Source of the DNA: an uncultured Spirochaetales bacterium
GTDB lineage: Bacteria > Spirochaetota > Spirochaetia > JAFGDJ01
Assembly: GCA_964410865.1 (NCBI GenBank)
Contig: CAYPIQ010000009.1
Coordinates: forward strand, 9,585-73,584
Direction: 5' to 3'
Length of the DNA: 64,000 bases
Both the position numbers and the translations under genes were made by a program. Each line of letters opens with the position of its first letter. Position 1 is the stretch's first letter. Below are positions 1-10,503 of this stretch, piece after piece. Under the pieces are notes generated by a model that searched no databases, was not told the DNA's origin, and saw nothing but the letters and a program-made list of their open reading frames with translations.

Positions 1-23
1 ACCTCGCGGGGCCGGCAAAGAAA

Positions 24-308
24 TTGTCCCGGCGTACGGAAACCCTTGCGGCGGAAACCTATGCCCGCCGGGTCCGGAATGCGAAGGAGAATGGCAACGC
101 GGACCCGGCTCTAGATAACAGAATAGCCGTTTTTTTCCTAGATAACCTCTTCCTCATGTTTCAGCTCTCCTTTAACGGCGAATACTACCATGAACGAATG
201 AAGATATTTACCGGCCGAGGCGAAGAACAGGTAAAGGAGCTTATCAAGGGAGATTCCTTCAGCAGTAATACCCACGCCGCCGCCGCCAGGGTGAAAATTC
301 CGTCATAG
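24..308 (+). CDS. hypothetical protein (possibly 5'-truncated by window edge)
   Basis: 94-aa ORF from the supplied track with no recognisable motifs; no stop upstream before the window start, so it may extend beyond position 1. Confidence 0.2.
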   Translation: MSRRTETLAAETYARRVRNAKENGNADPALDNRIAVFFLDNLFLMFQLSFNGEYYHERMKIFTGRGEEQVKELIKGDSFSSNTHAAAARVKIPS

Positions 309-438
309 CATAGCCCGATTTTTTTCAGGCCACAACTATATTTTTAAGGGATCAAATGCCAAAACAATATGTAAAAAATGATAAATTAAGCTAACTCCCT
401 GAATCAGACGGCGGAATAAGCCCGTATTCTCTTATATT

Positions 439-1179
439 ATGGATACAAAAAAAGAAAATCGCTATACAACCTTAAAGGAACTCCCGGCGGGCAGCTTCGG
501 AAAACGCAATGGGCGGGAATCGAAGGGAGTACCACCATTACCGGAGGGGGAACTTCCCAGGGAGCGGCTCTTTGCACAGGGGCCGGCAGCGCTCTCGGAC
601 CAGGAACTCCTCTCGATTCTACTGGGCACGGGGACGAGAGGAAAGGACGTACTGAAGCTTGCCGGAGAGGTAATGGAGCTGACCGACCGCTGTGATTCGG
701 GAATCTCGCCCCCTGCCCTCCTGGCCATCCGGGGTCTAGGCCAGGCAAAGGTGGCCGTTATTACCGCCGCCCTGGAGTTCTCCCGCCGTATACTCTGCCC
801 GGGGAAAAACCGGATTCAACAGCCGCGAGATGTCCTTCCCCTTATCCGCCATTATGCCGAACGAAAACAGGAGTGTCGTCTCTCCCTATCCCTGAATGGA
901 GCCCATGAAGTCATGTCCATCCGCGTGGTTTCCGTCGGGCTCGTCAACCGGACCGTCGTTCATCCCAGGGAAGTGTTCGCCGACCCCCTGACCGAACGCG
1001 CAGCCGCTCTGATAGTAGCCCATAACCACCCCTCTGGGAATCTCGATCCCAGCACCGAAGATGGAGAGGTTACTGCCAGGCTGAAAAAGGCAGGCGGAAT
1101 ACTAGGGATACCGCTCCTGGACCACATAGTCTTTACGGCCGAGGGATATTTCAGTTATCTGGAAGAGGGGCTGCTCTAG
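439..1179 (+). CDS. radC: RadC-like JAB/MPN domain protein (UPF0758)
   Basis: 246 aa; N-terminal LKELPxxxxPRERL, a helix-hairpin-helix-like SDQELLSILLGTG segment, and the C-terminal JAMM motif HNHPSG typical of the RadC family. Confidence 0.8.
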   Translation: MDTKKENRYTTLKELPAGSFGKRNGRESKGVPPLPEGELPRERLFAQGPAALSDQELLSILLGTGTRGKDVLKLAGEVMELTDRCDSGISPPALLAIRGLGQAKVAVITAALEFSRRILCPGKNRIQQPRDVLPLIRHYAERKQECRLSLSLNGAHEVMSIRVVSVGLVNRTVVHPREVFADPLTERAAALIVAHNHPSGNLDPSTEDGEVTARLKKAGGILGIPLLDHIVFTAEGYFSYLEEGLL

Positions 1180-1198
1180 AACAGGCTCGTAGAGAAAT

Positions 1199-1576
1199 TT
1201 ATGTAGACCGGGATTCCGTTCTTTTTACTTCATCCTTGCTGGTCAGCCTGGTTTTTATCATCTCCAGGGTTTCGGAGAGCACCGTCTTAACGTGCTCGCG
1301 GATGTCCCCGGCCACAGCCAGCACCATGACATCGTCGCCGGGGCGGAGGACCTTTTCATCGTAGATCTCCAGCCGGATATCCACTATACCCTCACGTTTC
1401 CGCTGCTCCGCCAGGAGTTTTTCAACCCCGGGCCAGTCCACGTGTACCTTGAGGGTCTCGACAGGTTCTCCCGATCGGCTCGTTTCACGGACGGTTCCAT
1501 TATGGTAGAGAATCATCCCGCATTTAGTGTAATCGGGATTACCCCGTATACCTTTAATAACATCTTCCAGTGCCAT
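1199..1576 (-). CDS. MoaE-like molybdopterin synthase catalytic subunit (tentative)
   Basis: 125 aa; colinear resemblance to MoaE recalled from memory (GxVxxFxGxVR, RIGxLxPGDxxVxVxV and IKTR blocks correspond to GTVRE, LRPGDDVMVLAV and MIKTR here); not verified by alignment. Confidence 0.4.
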   Translation of the reverse strand: MALEDVIKGIRGNPDYTKCGMILYHNGTVRETSRSGEPVETLKVHVDWPGVEKLLAEQRKREGIVDIRLEIYDEKVLRPGDDVMVLAVAGDIREHVKTVLSETLEMIKTRLTSKDEVKRTESRST

Positions 1577-1675
1577 AGGTCTCCTCCCCGGAAAGTAGTA
1601 TACCCCTAGTCGACGGTTTGTTGAAGCGCCCGCGGGGAATTATGCTCCCGGTATGTAAGTAAGCTGATTTTAAAC

Positions 1676-1948
1676 ATGGTATTAAATTACCGACTGAAGA
1701 TTGAATTGTTGTCGCTTATATATATGCAACTATTAAGTGTGAATGTTGAACCGATTGAAATTCTGGTGTATCAGACCACATCGGGGGAGGAACCCTTTGC
1801 GAATTGGTTTAAACTCTCGATAAAACAAACCGATCCAGGATTTTTTCCAGACTCGACCATCGCAGACGCCCAGGGGGGAATATCCGAGCTCTCAAAAAAG
1901 ACAAATCTGAACCTTCAGCATCTTTACCGCTCTCTTTCTGACAATTAG
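1676..1948 (+). pseudogene. decayed HigB/HigA-like toxin-antitoxin remnant (toxin N-terminus fused to antitoxin HTH fragment)
   Basis: 90-aa ORF in a locally AT-rich patch. Residues IEILVYQTTSGEEPFANWFKLS resemble the N-terminus of HigB-type addiction-module killers; residues IADAQGGISELSKKTNLNLQHLYRSLSDN resemble the HTH of the cognate antidote; both are truncated. Confidence 0.35.
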
Positions 1949-2153
1949 AACCCCACTATCGGAACACTTGATACTATTCTGCATTCCCTGGGCTAAGCTG
2001 TCAATTAGGAAAGCATCTTGATATTCATTCTTCAACTTTAAAACAGAATGTGACGTTGGGGCTATTGCTCACCTTGGGGGGCATGATGTAATGCCTTCTC
2101 CCACCAAATAGCCGGAAGCGCCGAAAATAAGAACATTAAGAGAACTCACTCCT

Positions 2154-3533
2154 TTAATACACACTGCTCTCCCCACTTCGGAGGAAACGTCCGGTTCCGC
2201 GATCTCCCAGGAAGTTATCGCCGACTACAATGATCTTTCCCCTAGAGATGGTCATTACAGGAGCTCCGAAATACCGGAAACCATCGTAGGGTGTATACCC
2301 CGCCATGGTCTTAACTGTTGCGGCCGAAAGCGTTCCCTCTTTATCGGGAGAGAAAACGACAATATCTGCATCGGTTCCAGGTTGGAGGCTTCCCTTCTCC
2401 GGGTACAGGCCGAAGACTTTCGCGGGATTGCGGGAAAAAACCGCGGACAGTCGTTCAATATCGAAACCGCTCCCGCCGGTACCCAGGGAGTAGAGCAGGA
2501 CGGCCGCTTCACCGCTGCCGGGGACACCGGCTGGAATAAAGCGGCAGTCGCCGGTCCTCTTCTTCTGCTCCGGGGTATAGGAGCAGTGATCGGTAGCCAC
2601 GATGTCTATCTCTCCGCGGGAGAGGGCTTCGATGAGTATTCGGTTGTCCCTTTCGGTTCGCAGGGGAGGTGTCATGAGATACAGCGGCCCGTCCGGTCCG
2701 CGAAGATGATCCCCGGTAAGGAAGAGGTAATGGGGAGCCGTCTCGGCGACAACCCGCACACCCCCCTTTCTCAGTTTGCGCACAACCCGCAGCGCATCCT
2801 CCGAAGAAACGTGGACGAAATAAACCGGCATACCGTGTTCACCCGCGGCTTCTCCCGCCTTCATGAAAGCCGATGCCTCGGCCCTCGGGGGCCTGAGGAC
2901 CGGATGCATCTCCGGACCGAGCCCTTTCGGTGGCATGTCACGGCTGATCGTCTCGATAAGTTCGTCGTCCTCGGCATGGATGGTGACCAGAAGACGTTTA
3001 TCCCTGCAGAGGGGAAAGAGGTCCTTCCAAGCTGAAGGGTCCAGGTAGACCCCGAACTGCCGGTAGGTGGTGAACAGTTTCAACGCCGTAACACCGAGCC
3101 TTTTCAGTTCGTCGAGTTCTCGAGGTATATCCGGATGCATCCGGTACAGCCCCTGGTGAAGGGCGAAATCGATAACCGAATCCTTTGCTTCCCCTATCCT
3201 CGTCAGGGCCCCTTCGGCAAGGGTCCCTTTCCGTGGATGGTCGGCAAAATCGATAAAGGTGGTAATTCCCCCGAAGGCCGCGGCCACAGAGCCCTCGTAG
3301 AACCCGTCGGCGGTCCTGTCTTCCCCTTCACCCAGGCCGTAATGGGTGTGGGCATCAATAAAACCGGGAAGAACATACATTCCCGATGCGTCGATGATTC
3401 TGGTATCCCCGGGTACGGAATGACCTGGTATCGTTTCTTCCACGGCAAGGATCTTCTCCCCGGCGATGAGAAGATCGGCTTTCCTCGTCCCCTGCGGGGA
3501 TACCAGGGTTCCCCCGGTCAGCAGCAGTCCCAT
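2154..3533 (-). CDS. cyclic amidohydrolase (dihydropyrimidinase / D-hydantoinase family)
   Basis: 459 aa; N-terminal LLTGGTLVSP...ADLLIAGEKI followed by the metal-binding PGFIDAHTH motif of the amidohydrolase superfamily; length and layout match hydantoinase/dihydropyrimidinase. Confidence 0.75.
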   Translation of the reverse strand: MGLLLTGGTLVSPQGTRKADLLIAGEKILAVEETIPGHSVPGDTRIIDASGMYVLPGFIDAHTHYGLGEGEDRTADGFYEGSVAAAFGGITTFIDFADHPRKGTLAEGALTRIGEAKDSVIDFALHQGLYRMHPDIPRELDELKRLGVTALKLFTTYRQFGVYLDPSAWKDLFPLCRDKRLLVTIHAEDDELIETISRDMPPKGLGPEMHPVLRPPRAEASAFMKAGEAAGEHGMPVYFVHVSSEDALRVVRKLRKGGVRVVAETAPHYLFLTGDHLRGPDGPLYLMTPPLRTERDNRILIEALSRGEIDIVATDHCSYTPEQKKRTGDCRFIPAGVPGSGEAAVLLYSLGTGGSGFDIERLSAVFSRNPAKVFGLYPEKGSLQPGTDADIVVFSPDKEGTLSAATVKTMAGYTPYDGFRYFGAPVMTISRGKIIVVGDNFLGDRGTGRFLRSGESSVY

Positions 3534-3534
3534 A

Positions 3535-5553
3535 TCAGCTTTCCCCGGTACGCTTTACTGTTCGTGAGACCATGCCTGCCGCCTTCACGGCGAGGTGTTC
3601 GGCCGTCAGACCAAAATATTTCATGAGCTCCCAGGGGGCGCCGGAGGTGCCGAAGCGATCTTCGACCCCCATCATATCGAACACGAAGTTCCTATTGTTC
3701 TGAACCCCGGAGGTAAGAATCGCCGACGCAATGAGATTGCCGAAGCCCCCCTTCTGGTGCTCCTCCACGGTGAGCAGGGCTCCGGTCTCCCGGGCGGCAT
3801 CGATCACGGCTTCCCGGTCAAGGGGCTTTATGGTCGAAAAGTTCAGCACCCGGCAGGTCAGGCCGAATTCCGCCTGCAGAATCCAGGCCGCCCGCATGGC
3901 CTCCGCAACCACCGGTCCGGTGGCGGCAATGGTGAGGTCTTCTCCGGCTCCCGCGTATTCCGTTGACAGTGTCATGGAAAAGGCATCCATAAAATAAGCC
4001 GTTTCCTTTCCACCGTAACTGATGACCGTCGCGATACCGGGTTTGAAGGGGGAATCGGCCCGGGTGACGATGGGAGTGGCCTCTCTGGCGAACCGTATGT
4101 AACAGGGACCCTGCCTGTTGATGGATGCGCGGGTGATCTTGCGGGTCTCCTCCGCGTCGACGCCGGAGAACATTGTCATGTTCGGGAGCCCTGCTATCTG
4201 GAAGATCTCCTCCAGGGCCTGGTGGGTCGCACCGTCCGGTCCGACCGATACCCCGGCATGGGCGCCGGCTATCTTGACGTTGAAGTTACCGTAACAGACG
4301 GTTGTCCTGAGCTGATCCAGGGCCCTCCCGGCCGCGAAGACCCCGTAGGTCCCGATAAAGGGAACCATGCCGTTCTTGGCGAGACCGGCGGCCAGGGCGG
4401 TAACCGACTGCTCGGCGATTCCCATGCTGAACCAGCGGTCCTTCCGCTCGGGTCTGGACTTAAAGAACTCGTCGATGCAGATCGACCCGGAGATATCCGA
4501 CCCCAGGGCGCAGACCCTCTCATCATCCGTCTCCCGCAGGGCAGCTCCGAAGCCCTTCCTGGTCGGTTCCATGTCCACCCTCATGGCCTCACCGGCATTC
4601 CACCAGTAATTCCGCGAGAATGACGGCTGGGCTCCCTCGACCCCGGCGTCCGTCTCCGCCTGGTATTCCGCGGCATAAGCAATCATATCGTCGGCGGGGA
4701 ATTCGGGCAGGCCTATATCATGGAGGGCTGCATCCAGCTCTTTCCTGTTCGGCGCTTTGCCGTGCCATCCGGCCTGGTGTTCCATGAAGCCGACACCCTT
4801 TCCCTTGACAGTCCCGGCGATGATAACCGCCGGTTTTCCCTGTACGGCAAGGGCTTGTTCATAGGCATCGAGGACCTCCGGAACGGAGTTGCCGTCGCAC
4901 TCGATGACCTCCCATCCGAAGGCGGTATATTTTTCCGCCAGGGGATCGATATTCATCACCGTATCCACCGGTCCGTCGATCTGGAGGCGGTTCTTGTCGA
5001 CAATTCCGACAAGGTTGTCCAAATTGTAGTGGGCCGCGGCCATAACCGCCTCCCAGATCTGCCCCTCCTGCTGCTCGCCGTCGCCCATCAGGCAGAATAC
5101 CCGGTAATCTCCTCCATTTACCCGGGCAGCCAGGGCGTCTCCCACCGCCACGCTCAGGCCCTGTCCCAGGGAGCCGCAGGAGAGCTCGAGCCCGGGCAGC
5201 CTGGACATATCGGGATGCCCCTGGAAAGGGCTGTGGAGTTTCCGGAGAAGAGCTGTCTCCCTGATAGGAAAGTATCCGCAGTAGCCGAGGACGGCGTACC
5301 ACAGGGGGGCCTTGTGCCCGGCGGAAAAGTAGAACCTGTCCCGGCCGGGCCAGGATGGATCATGGGGTTTATGCCTGAGAAACCGGAGAAAGGCGGCAGT
5401 TACCAGCTCCACGGCGGAGAGGGAACCGCCCGAATGGCCCGAACCGGCACAGTGTATGGCCGTCAGGATATATGCCCTGATATCACGGGAGGCCTGCAGG
5501 ATCTCTTCCGGTGAAGCCGTTTTTTCTTCGTTTTTATCGTTGATTATTCCCAT
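3535..5553 (-). CDS. tkt: transketolase (single-polypeptide form)
   Basis: 672 aa; ThDP-binding N-terminal block GSGHSGGSLS...PSWPGRDRFYFSAGH matches the transketolase GHPG...NPxWxxRDRFVLSxGH pattern; pyrimidine-binding and C-terminal domains present. Confidence 0.7.
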   Translation of the reverse strand: MGIINDKNEEKTASPEEILQASRDIRAYILTAIHCAGSGHSGGSLSAVELVTAAFLRFLRHKPHDPSWPGRDRFYFSAGHKAPLWYAVLGYCGYFPIRETALLRKLHSPFQGHPDMSRLPGLELSCGSLGQGLSVAVGDALAARVNGGDYRVFCLMGDGEQQEGQIWEAVMAAAHYNLDNLVGIVDKNRLQIDGPVDTVMNIDPLAEKYTAFGWEVIECDGNSVPEVLDAYEQALAVQGKPAVIIAGTVKGKGVGFMEHQAGWHGKAPNRKELDAALHDIGLPEFPADDMIAYAAEYQAETDAGVEGAQPSFSRNYWWNAGEAMRVDMEPTRKGFGAALRETDDERVCALGSDISGSICIDEFFKSRPERKDRWFSMGIAEQSVTALAAGLAKNGMVPFIGTYGVFAAGRALDQLRTTVCYGNFNVKIAGAHAGVSVGPDGATHQALEEIFQIAGLPNMTMFSGVDAEETRKITRASINRQGPCYIRFAREATPIVTRADSPFKPGIATVISYGGKETAYFMDAFSMTLSTEYAGAGEDLTIAATGPVVAEAMRAAWILQAEFGLTCRVLNFSTIKPLDREAVIDAARETGALLTVEEHQKGGFGNLIASAILTSGVQNNRNFVFDMMGVEDRFGTSGAPWELMKYFGLTAEHLAVKAAGMVSRTVKRTGES

Positions 5554-8350
5554 AGCATCCCCCCTTTTCTTCTTTTTCAGCCAGGGCTTGTTTAATTTTA
5601 GCCGGAGTTACGGGGATCGAATGTATCCAGATCCCCAGGGCATCGTGAACGGCGTGAACCACCGAAGGCGCCCCCATGGAAATCGGCAGCTCGCCCATTC
5701 CCTTGGCACCGTAGGGTCCGTCGCTATGGGTGTTTTCGACGACCATGCAGTGAATCCTGGGTGTTTGACCGATCCTTCGAACGCCCAGTTTTCCATAGGT
5801 GTCGGTGACGACGACCCCCTTTTCTTCCCTGTACTCTTCGGAAAGGGCATAACCGAGTCCCATGACGATTCCGCCCTCCATCTGGCCCTCTACCGCCGCC
5901 CGGTTTATCATCTTTCCGGCATCTGAAGCAATAAAAATATCGTGTACGTCTATGGCACCGGTGGTCCTGTCGACCTCGAGAACCGTCGCCTGGGCGGCGA
6001 AACAGTAGGCCGCATGCAGCCGGGCTTCCGCCGGAGAAGCGTATCCGCCGGGCGGTTCCACCAGGGAAAAATGGGTCTGTGGTGCCGCGTATTGTGCCTC
6101 CGCTCGGAGACGCACGCCTTTTTCATTCAGCCGCGAGACAACCTCATCAAGACCGGCCACAGAACCGTTGCTCCCGGAATCGAAAAAGGAATTATCCCGC
6201 AATATTAGGCTTTTCCCTGTCCCGCCGAATTCCCGGGACACGAACATGTCGAGTTCATTCTTGAGTTTCTTTACCATGGCGAGAACCGCGTTTCCCGTAA
6301 TAAAAGTCTGCCGGGACGCCGTGGTCATTCCAGCCGGTGGGTCCAGTTTCGTATCGGCCGAGTGAACCCGGATTCGCTTGAAGGGCCAGCCGAGATAATC
6401 AGAAGCTATCTGCGCCATGGCTGAATCGGACCCTTGACCCATGTCGACACTTCCGACACGGATCATCAGGGTACCGTCAGCGAGTATTTCTCCGACGGCT
6501 CCCCCCGAATCATCCATACCGATTCCCAGTCCTACGTTTTTATATGAACAGGCGATTCCGATCCCCAGAGCCCGGCCCTCCCCCGGTTCCGGCGGTGTGT
6601 ATCCGGCAAGGGCTTTCCGTACCTCCAGGAGGCATTCCTTGACACCCACGCTGCAGGATATCCTGTCCCCCGTTACCGTGGGTTTTCCCGCCTCCAGTAC
6701 ATTTCTCAAACGTAGTTCGATGGGGTCGATGTGTAAACGGTCGGCTATTTTGTTCATGTTGGTCTCGGCGGCAAAGGTTACCACCGGGTTCCCGAACCCG
6801 CGCATGGCGCAGGCCGGAGCATGGTTCTGGTACACGGCCTTTGCCTCTACCCGGGCAGCCGGAACGGTGTAGGGTCCCGCCGCAAAACTAACGCTCCTCA
6901 AGATTACTGCTTCTTCAACGGATGCGTAGGCGCCGCCTTTGGCGGTGATCTCGGCGGTAACAGCCGTAAGCATACCCGCGGAGGTAACCCCGGTTTTGTA
7001 ACGAAGCCTGGCTGCGTTTCGCTTGCCGCTGGTTCGTATCGATTCCCTCCTGGTAAAGGTATACTTTACCGGTCTTCCGGTGGCGAGGGCGCCCAGGGAC
7101 GCCAGGATCTGAACGGAGATATCCTCCTTTCCGCCGAATCCGCCGCCCATGGGCAGACCGGCGATACGTATCTTTTCCGGGGCCATGGCAAGGACCGGAG
7201 CAATTTCTCCTATATCCATGGGAGGCCCTTGGCTTGCCACGTACACGGTAAGATCTCCGTTTCCGTTCACCGTGGCAACGCATGATTCCGGTTCCAGGTA
7301 GGCGTGTTCGATGTACTGGGTATGGTATTCCTCCTCGACCACCAGATCGGCTTCCCGGAGGCCCTTTTCGGGGTCACCACGGCCCGATTTCATTTCGGCG
7401 ATGATATTTTCCGTCCCCTCGTGAAGGATGACCTTCTTTTCATACAGGGCTTCGTCATACCCGTCCAGCACCGGCAAGTCCCTGTACTCCACGCGAATCT
7501 TCTCAAGGGCATCCTCCGCCTCCCGCTCCGACTCCGCGTACACCGCCGCCAGGGCATCCCCGGAGTACCTGACCCGCCGGTCCGCCAGCACCTGCTGATC
7601 CTTCCGTATGGGTCCAAAGGCGTTCTCCCCCGGTATATCCCCGGCCAGGAGAACCTTTACAACTCCAGGACTCCCTTCCGCCTCCGCCGTATCGATAGAG
7701 AGAATATCCGCGTGGGCACGGCCGCTGCGAAGTACCTTCGTGTAGAGCATGGCATCGAACTGAAGGTCGTCGGCGTACTTTGTTTTTCCCGAGGCTTTGT
7801 CCAGGCTGTCGAGGCGAATCACCGGTTCACCAATTTCCACCGCCCGATCGGGAAAAATCTCGTCCCGGTGTATCCATTCCCTGCCCTGCCGGATAAGGGA
7901 TGCTGCCGTAGTTACCGCCCTAATGATCTTTATATAACCTGTACAGCGGCATATATTCCGCGCCAGGGCTTTCCGTATTTCCTGCTCCGTGGGATCCGGG
8001 TTCGAATCGAGAAGGGCCTTGGTGGACATGATGAATCCGGGTGTACAGAACCCGCACTGTACGGCACCTTCCAAGACGTAGGCATAGATAATCGCATGAA
8101 CACGCCTTTCATCGGACAAGGCCTCAACGGTGGTTACCGAGCAATTGTCCAGGTCTCTCATTTTTTTTCTGCACGAAAGGACAGGCTTACCGTCAAGCAG
8201 GACCGTGCAGGCTCCGCAGTGCCCCTCGTTGCATCCGTTCTTAGCCCCGGTCAGGTGAAGGATGTTTCTCAGGTAAGAGAGAAGGCTCATCTCGCCGTCC
8301 TCAGCGGTATAGGTATAGGGTCTCCCGTTCACATGTAGACGTATATGCAA
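5534..8350 (-). CDS. xanthine dehydrogenase-family molybdopterin oxidoreductase with fused N-terminal 2x[2Fe-2S] domains (XdhD / Desulfovibrio MOP-like; no FAD domain)
   Basis: 938 aa; N-terminal plant-type and second 2Fe-2S cysteine motifs (CNEGHCGACTV, CGFCTPGF, CRCTGY) followed by Ald_Xan_dh_C and molybdopterin-binding domains; size matches E. coli XdhD (956 aa) and D. gigas MOP (907 aa). Confidence 0.8.
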   Translation of the reverse strand: MHIRLHVNGRPYTYTAEDGEMSLLSYLRNILHLTGAKNGCNEGHCGACTVLLDGKPVLSCRKKMRDLDNCSVTTVEALSDERRVHAIIYAYVLEGAVQCGFCTPGFIMSTKALLDSNPDPTEQEIRKALARNICRCTGYIKIIRAVTTAASLIRQGREWIHRDEIFPDRAVEIGEPVIRLDSLDKASGKTKYADDLQFDAMLYTKVLRSGRAHADILSIDTAEAEGSPGVVKVLLAGDIPGENAFGPIRKDQQVLADRRVRYSGDALAAVYAESEREAEDALEKIRVEYRDLPVLDGYDEALYEKKVILHEGTENIIAEMKSGRGDPEKGLREADLVVEEEYHTQYIEHAYLEPESCVATVNGNGDLTVYVASQGPPMDIGEIAPVLAMAPEKIRIAGLPMGGGFGGKEDISVQILASLGALATGRPVKYTFTRRESIRTSGKRNAARLRYKTGVTSAGMLTAVTAEITAKGGAYASVEEAVILRSVSFAAGPYTVPAARVEAKAVYQNHAPACAMRGFGNPVVTFAAETNMNKIADRLHIDPIELRLRNVLEAGKPTVTGDRISCSVGVKECLLEVRKALAGYTPPEPGEGRALGIGIACSYKNVGLGIGMDDSGGAVGEILADGTLMIRVGSVDMGQGSDSAMAQIASDYLGWPFKRIRVHSADTKLDPPAGMTTASRQTFITGNAVLAMVKKLKNELDMFVSREFGGTGKSLILRDNSFFDSGSNGSVAGLDEVVSRLNEKGVRLRAEAQYAAPQTHFSLVEPPGGYASPAEARLHAAYCFAAQATVLEVDRTTGAIDVHDIFIASDAGKMINRAAVEGQMEGGIVMGLGYALSEEYREEKGVVVTDTYGKLGVRRIGQTPRIHCMVVENTHSDGPYGAKGMGELPISMGAPSVVHAVHDALGIWIHSIPVTPAKIKQALAEKEEKGGCYGNNQR

Positions 8351-8371
8351 AATAATCCTCCGATTTTCCGG

Positions 8372-9547
8372 TTATGTTCCGCAGAGCTCGGTTATCAGAT
8401 GCAGGTACATGTCGGCGCAAATCTTAAGCTGTCCCGTATCCAGGTATTCGTTGTCGGTATGGCAGAGGGATGAGTCGCCCGGGCCGTAATGGATCGCGTT
8501 CATTCCCAGGTCGTTGACTAGGAAATCCATCTCGTGGTATCCGTCGGTAAAATAAAATACCGGCTCTTTGCCCGTCGCCCGTCGGTGAGCCTTCACCACC
8601 GCATCGATGGCGCCGCTCTTCATATCGGCAAGGGCGGGAAGAAGGCCACGCTTTTTTACCGGTTCCCAGTTCCAGTCCGGCCGGCCTATTTCCGTTGTAA
8701 CCTCGATACCGGTACGTTTCCCATAGCTCTCACAGACAGAACGCACTTCCTCGAGAATATGATTCTGAGTTTCCCCGGGAATAAGCCGCCGGTCGAACCA
8801 AAGATCACAGGAATCGGGAACGATATTGTAGGCATTACCGCCCTCGATCTTGCCCAGGTTCAACGATCCCCGGACCTCACCGATTCCCTCTATTTCAATA
8901 ACCGGGAACTCTTTCTCCATTAACGCCCGGGCTATATCCATTCCCGCCAGTACGGCGTTCTTTCCCAACCAGGGCCGGCAGCCGTGGGCCGCTTCCCCCT
9001 TCACGCGTACGTGTATCGGTGCCGTGCCCTTGCATCCCACACCTATCCTGCACTCCGAGGGTTCAGTAATAACACCGAAATCCGCATCGACACCCATCTC
9101 GGAAAGGGCCATGCTCCCCCGGTGTTCCGACTCTTCGTCGACGACCCCGACAAAGACCACCGATCGTTTTAGGGGGCTTCCGCGACGTATGAAGCGCTCA
9201 AAGGCATCGACGACCGCGGCTACACCACCCTTCTGGTCTACCGCCCCCCTGCCGTACACCCTTTCATCCTCCACCCGAGAATCAAAAGGCGCAGTCATGC
9301 CGTAGGCTGGGACCGTATCCAGATGGCCGTGAAAGAGAAGGGCCGGCCTTTTCTTCTCTTCACCTTCTATCTCGGCATACACGTTGAACCGGTCCTCCGC
9401 GACCTCGAATAACCTGGTCCTGCAACCCATGTCATTTAATCGCGATTCGAGATACAGGGCCACCTCTTTCTCATTCCCCGTGACACTGGGAATAGAAACC
9501 AGTTTTCTTACCTCATCGAGACAACTCATCTTCGTCTGCGGCCCCAC
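8372..9547 (-). CDS. M20-family metallo-amidohydrolase (ArgE/DapE/YgeY-like)
   Basis: 391 aa; LFHGHLDTVP metal-binding motif and overall M20 peptidase architecture; start may be the internal Met at 9529, which would remove the overlap with the upstream gene. Confidence 0.7.
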   Translation of the reverse strand: MGPQTKMSCLDEVRKLVSIPSVTGNEKEVALYLESRLNDMGCRTRLFEVAEDRFNVYAEIEGEEKKRPALLFHGHLDTVPAYGMTAPFDSRVEDERVYGRGAVDQKGGVAAVVDAFERFIRRGSPLKRSVVFVGVVDEESEHRGSMALSEMGVDADFGVITEPSECRIGVGCKGTAPIHVRVKGEAAHGCRPWLGKNAVLAGMDIARALMEKEFPVIEIEGIGEVRGSLNLGKIEGGNAYNIVPDSCDLWFDRRLIPGETQNHILEEVRSVCESYGKRTGIEVTTEIGRPDWNWEPVKKRGLLPALADMKSGAIDAVVKAHRRATGKEPVFYFTDGYHEMDFLVNDLGMNAIHYGPGDSSLCHTDNEYLDTGQLKICADMYLHLITELCGT

Positions 9548-10503
9548 ACTTCTTCGTTCACCAGAAACCGGGGATTTCGCCCGGCAAGAACATCAAGAAC
9601 CCCTTCGACGACGGTTATACCCATTTTCCGCTTCCCGTCGTCGGTAAAGCTGCTCAGATGGGGTGTTGCCACCACATTCTCAAAGGTAAAGAGGGGGTTT
9701 TCTTTTTCCGGCGGTTCCTGGGCAAACACGTCCACTCCGGCGGCGGCAATGGTACCGTCCCTCAACGCGGAGATCAGGGCCTCTTCGTCCACGACCCCTC
9801 CCCTGGCGGTATTGATGAAGATGGACGTCTTTTTCATGTTCCGGAACTGGGCGGAGCCGAACATGCGTTCGTTCTTCGCGGAGAAGGGAATATGAAGGGA
9901 AACAACGTCCGCTTCACCGAGAAGGCTTTCCAGGCTCTCCGCGATTTCGTATCCCGATTCCTCGATGTTCCCGTTTTCTAAGAAGGGATCGTATACCAGG
10001 ATACGCATATCCAGACCGCGGGAGGCAATCTCCGCGACACGCCGGCCGATCCGTCCGAAGCCCACCAGGCCCATTGTCTTGCCCTGCACTTCCATCCCCG
10101 TGACCCTGGTCCGAATACCAAAATCGCCGTGTTCCTTTATCGCTTTCTGGACTTCGTTGATCCGCTTCGCCGCCATAAGGGTCATGAGGATGACATGTTC
10201 TGCCACCGATTCCGTCGGTCCGTCCGGGGTATATACCAAGGGTATGCCATAGGAATTGCAGGCATCCACATCCACACTGTCGTATCCCACCCCGGGACGA
10301 CCGATCACCTTGAGGTTCCCGGCCATGGCTATCTCCGGTTCCCTCATTTTCAGGGCGGCGGAACAGATAACACCGTCCACTTCTTTCAGGGCACTCTCTA
10401 TTTTTTCTCTGTCGTCATCGAAAATTTCCACCGCCTCGGCATGCTCGGTCAGCAGCTTCCGGGCGTCGGCGTGAAGAGGCCTGTCGATCAGTACCTTACT
10501 CAT
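9526..10503 (-). CDS. D-isomer-specific 2-hydroxyacid dehydrogenase (glycerate / hydroxypyruvate / phosphoglycerate dehydrogenase-like)
   Basis: 325 aa; NAD-binding GLVGFGRIGRRVA Rossmann motif and catalytic region with PHLSS. Confidence 0.75.
   Translation of the reverse strand: MSKVLIDRPLHADARKLLTEHAEAVEIFDDDREKIESALKEVDGVICSAALKMREPEIAMAGNLKVIGRPGVGYDSVDVDACNSYGIPLVYTPDGPTESVAEHVILMTLMAAKRINEVQKAIKEHGDFGIRTRVTGMEVQGKTMGLVGFGRIGRRVAEIASRGLDMRILVYDPFLENGNIEESGYEIAESLESLLGEADVVSLHIPFSAKNERMFGSAQFRNMKKTSIFINTARGGVVDEEALISALRDGTIAAAGVDVFAQEPPEKENPLFTFENVVATPHLSSFTDDGKRKMGITVVEGVLDVLAGRNPRFLVNEEVWGRRRR

Noticed and set aside
7985-8010. GGTTCGAATC motif resembling a tRNA T-arm
   Set aside because: Lies inside the XdhD-like coding sequence with no acceptor or anticodon arms around it; chance match
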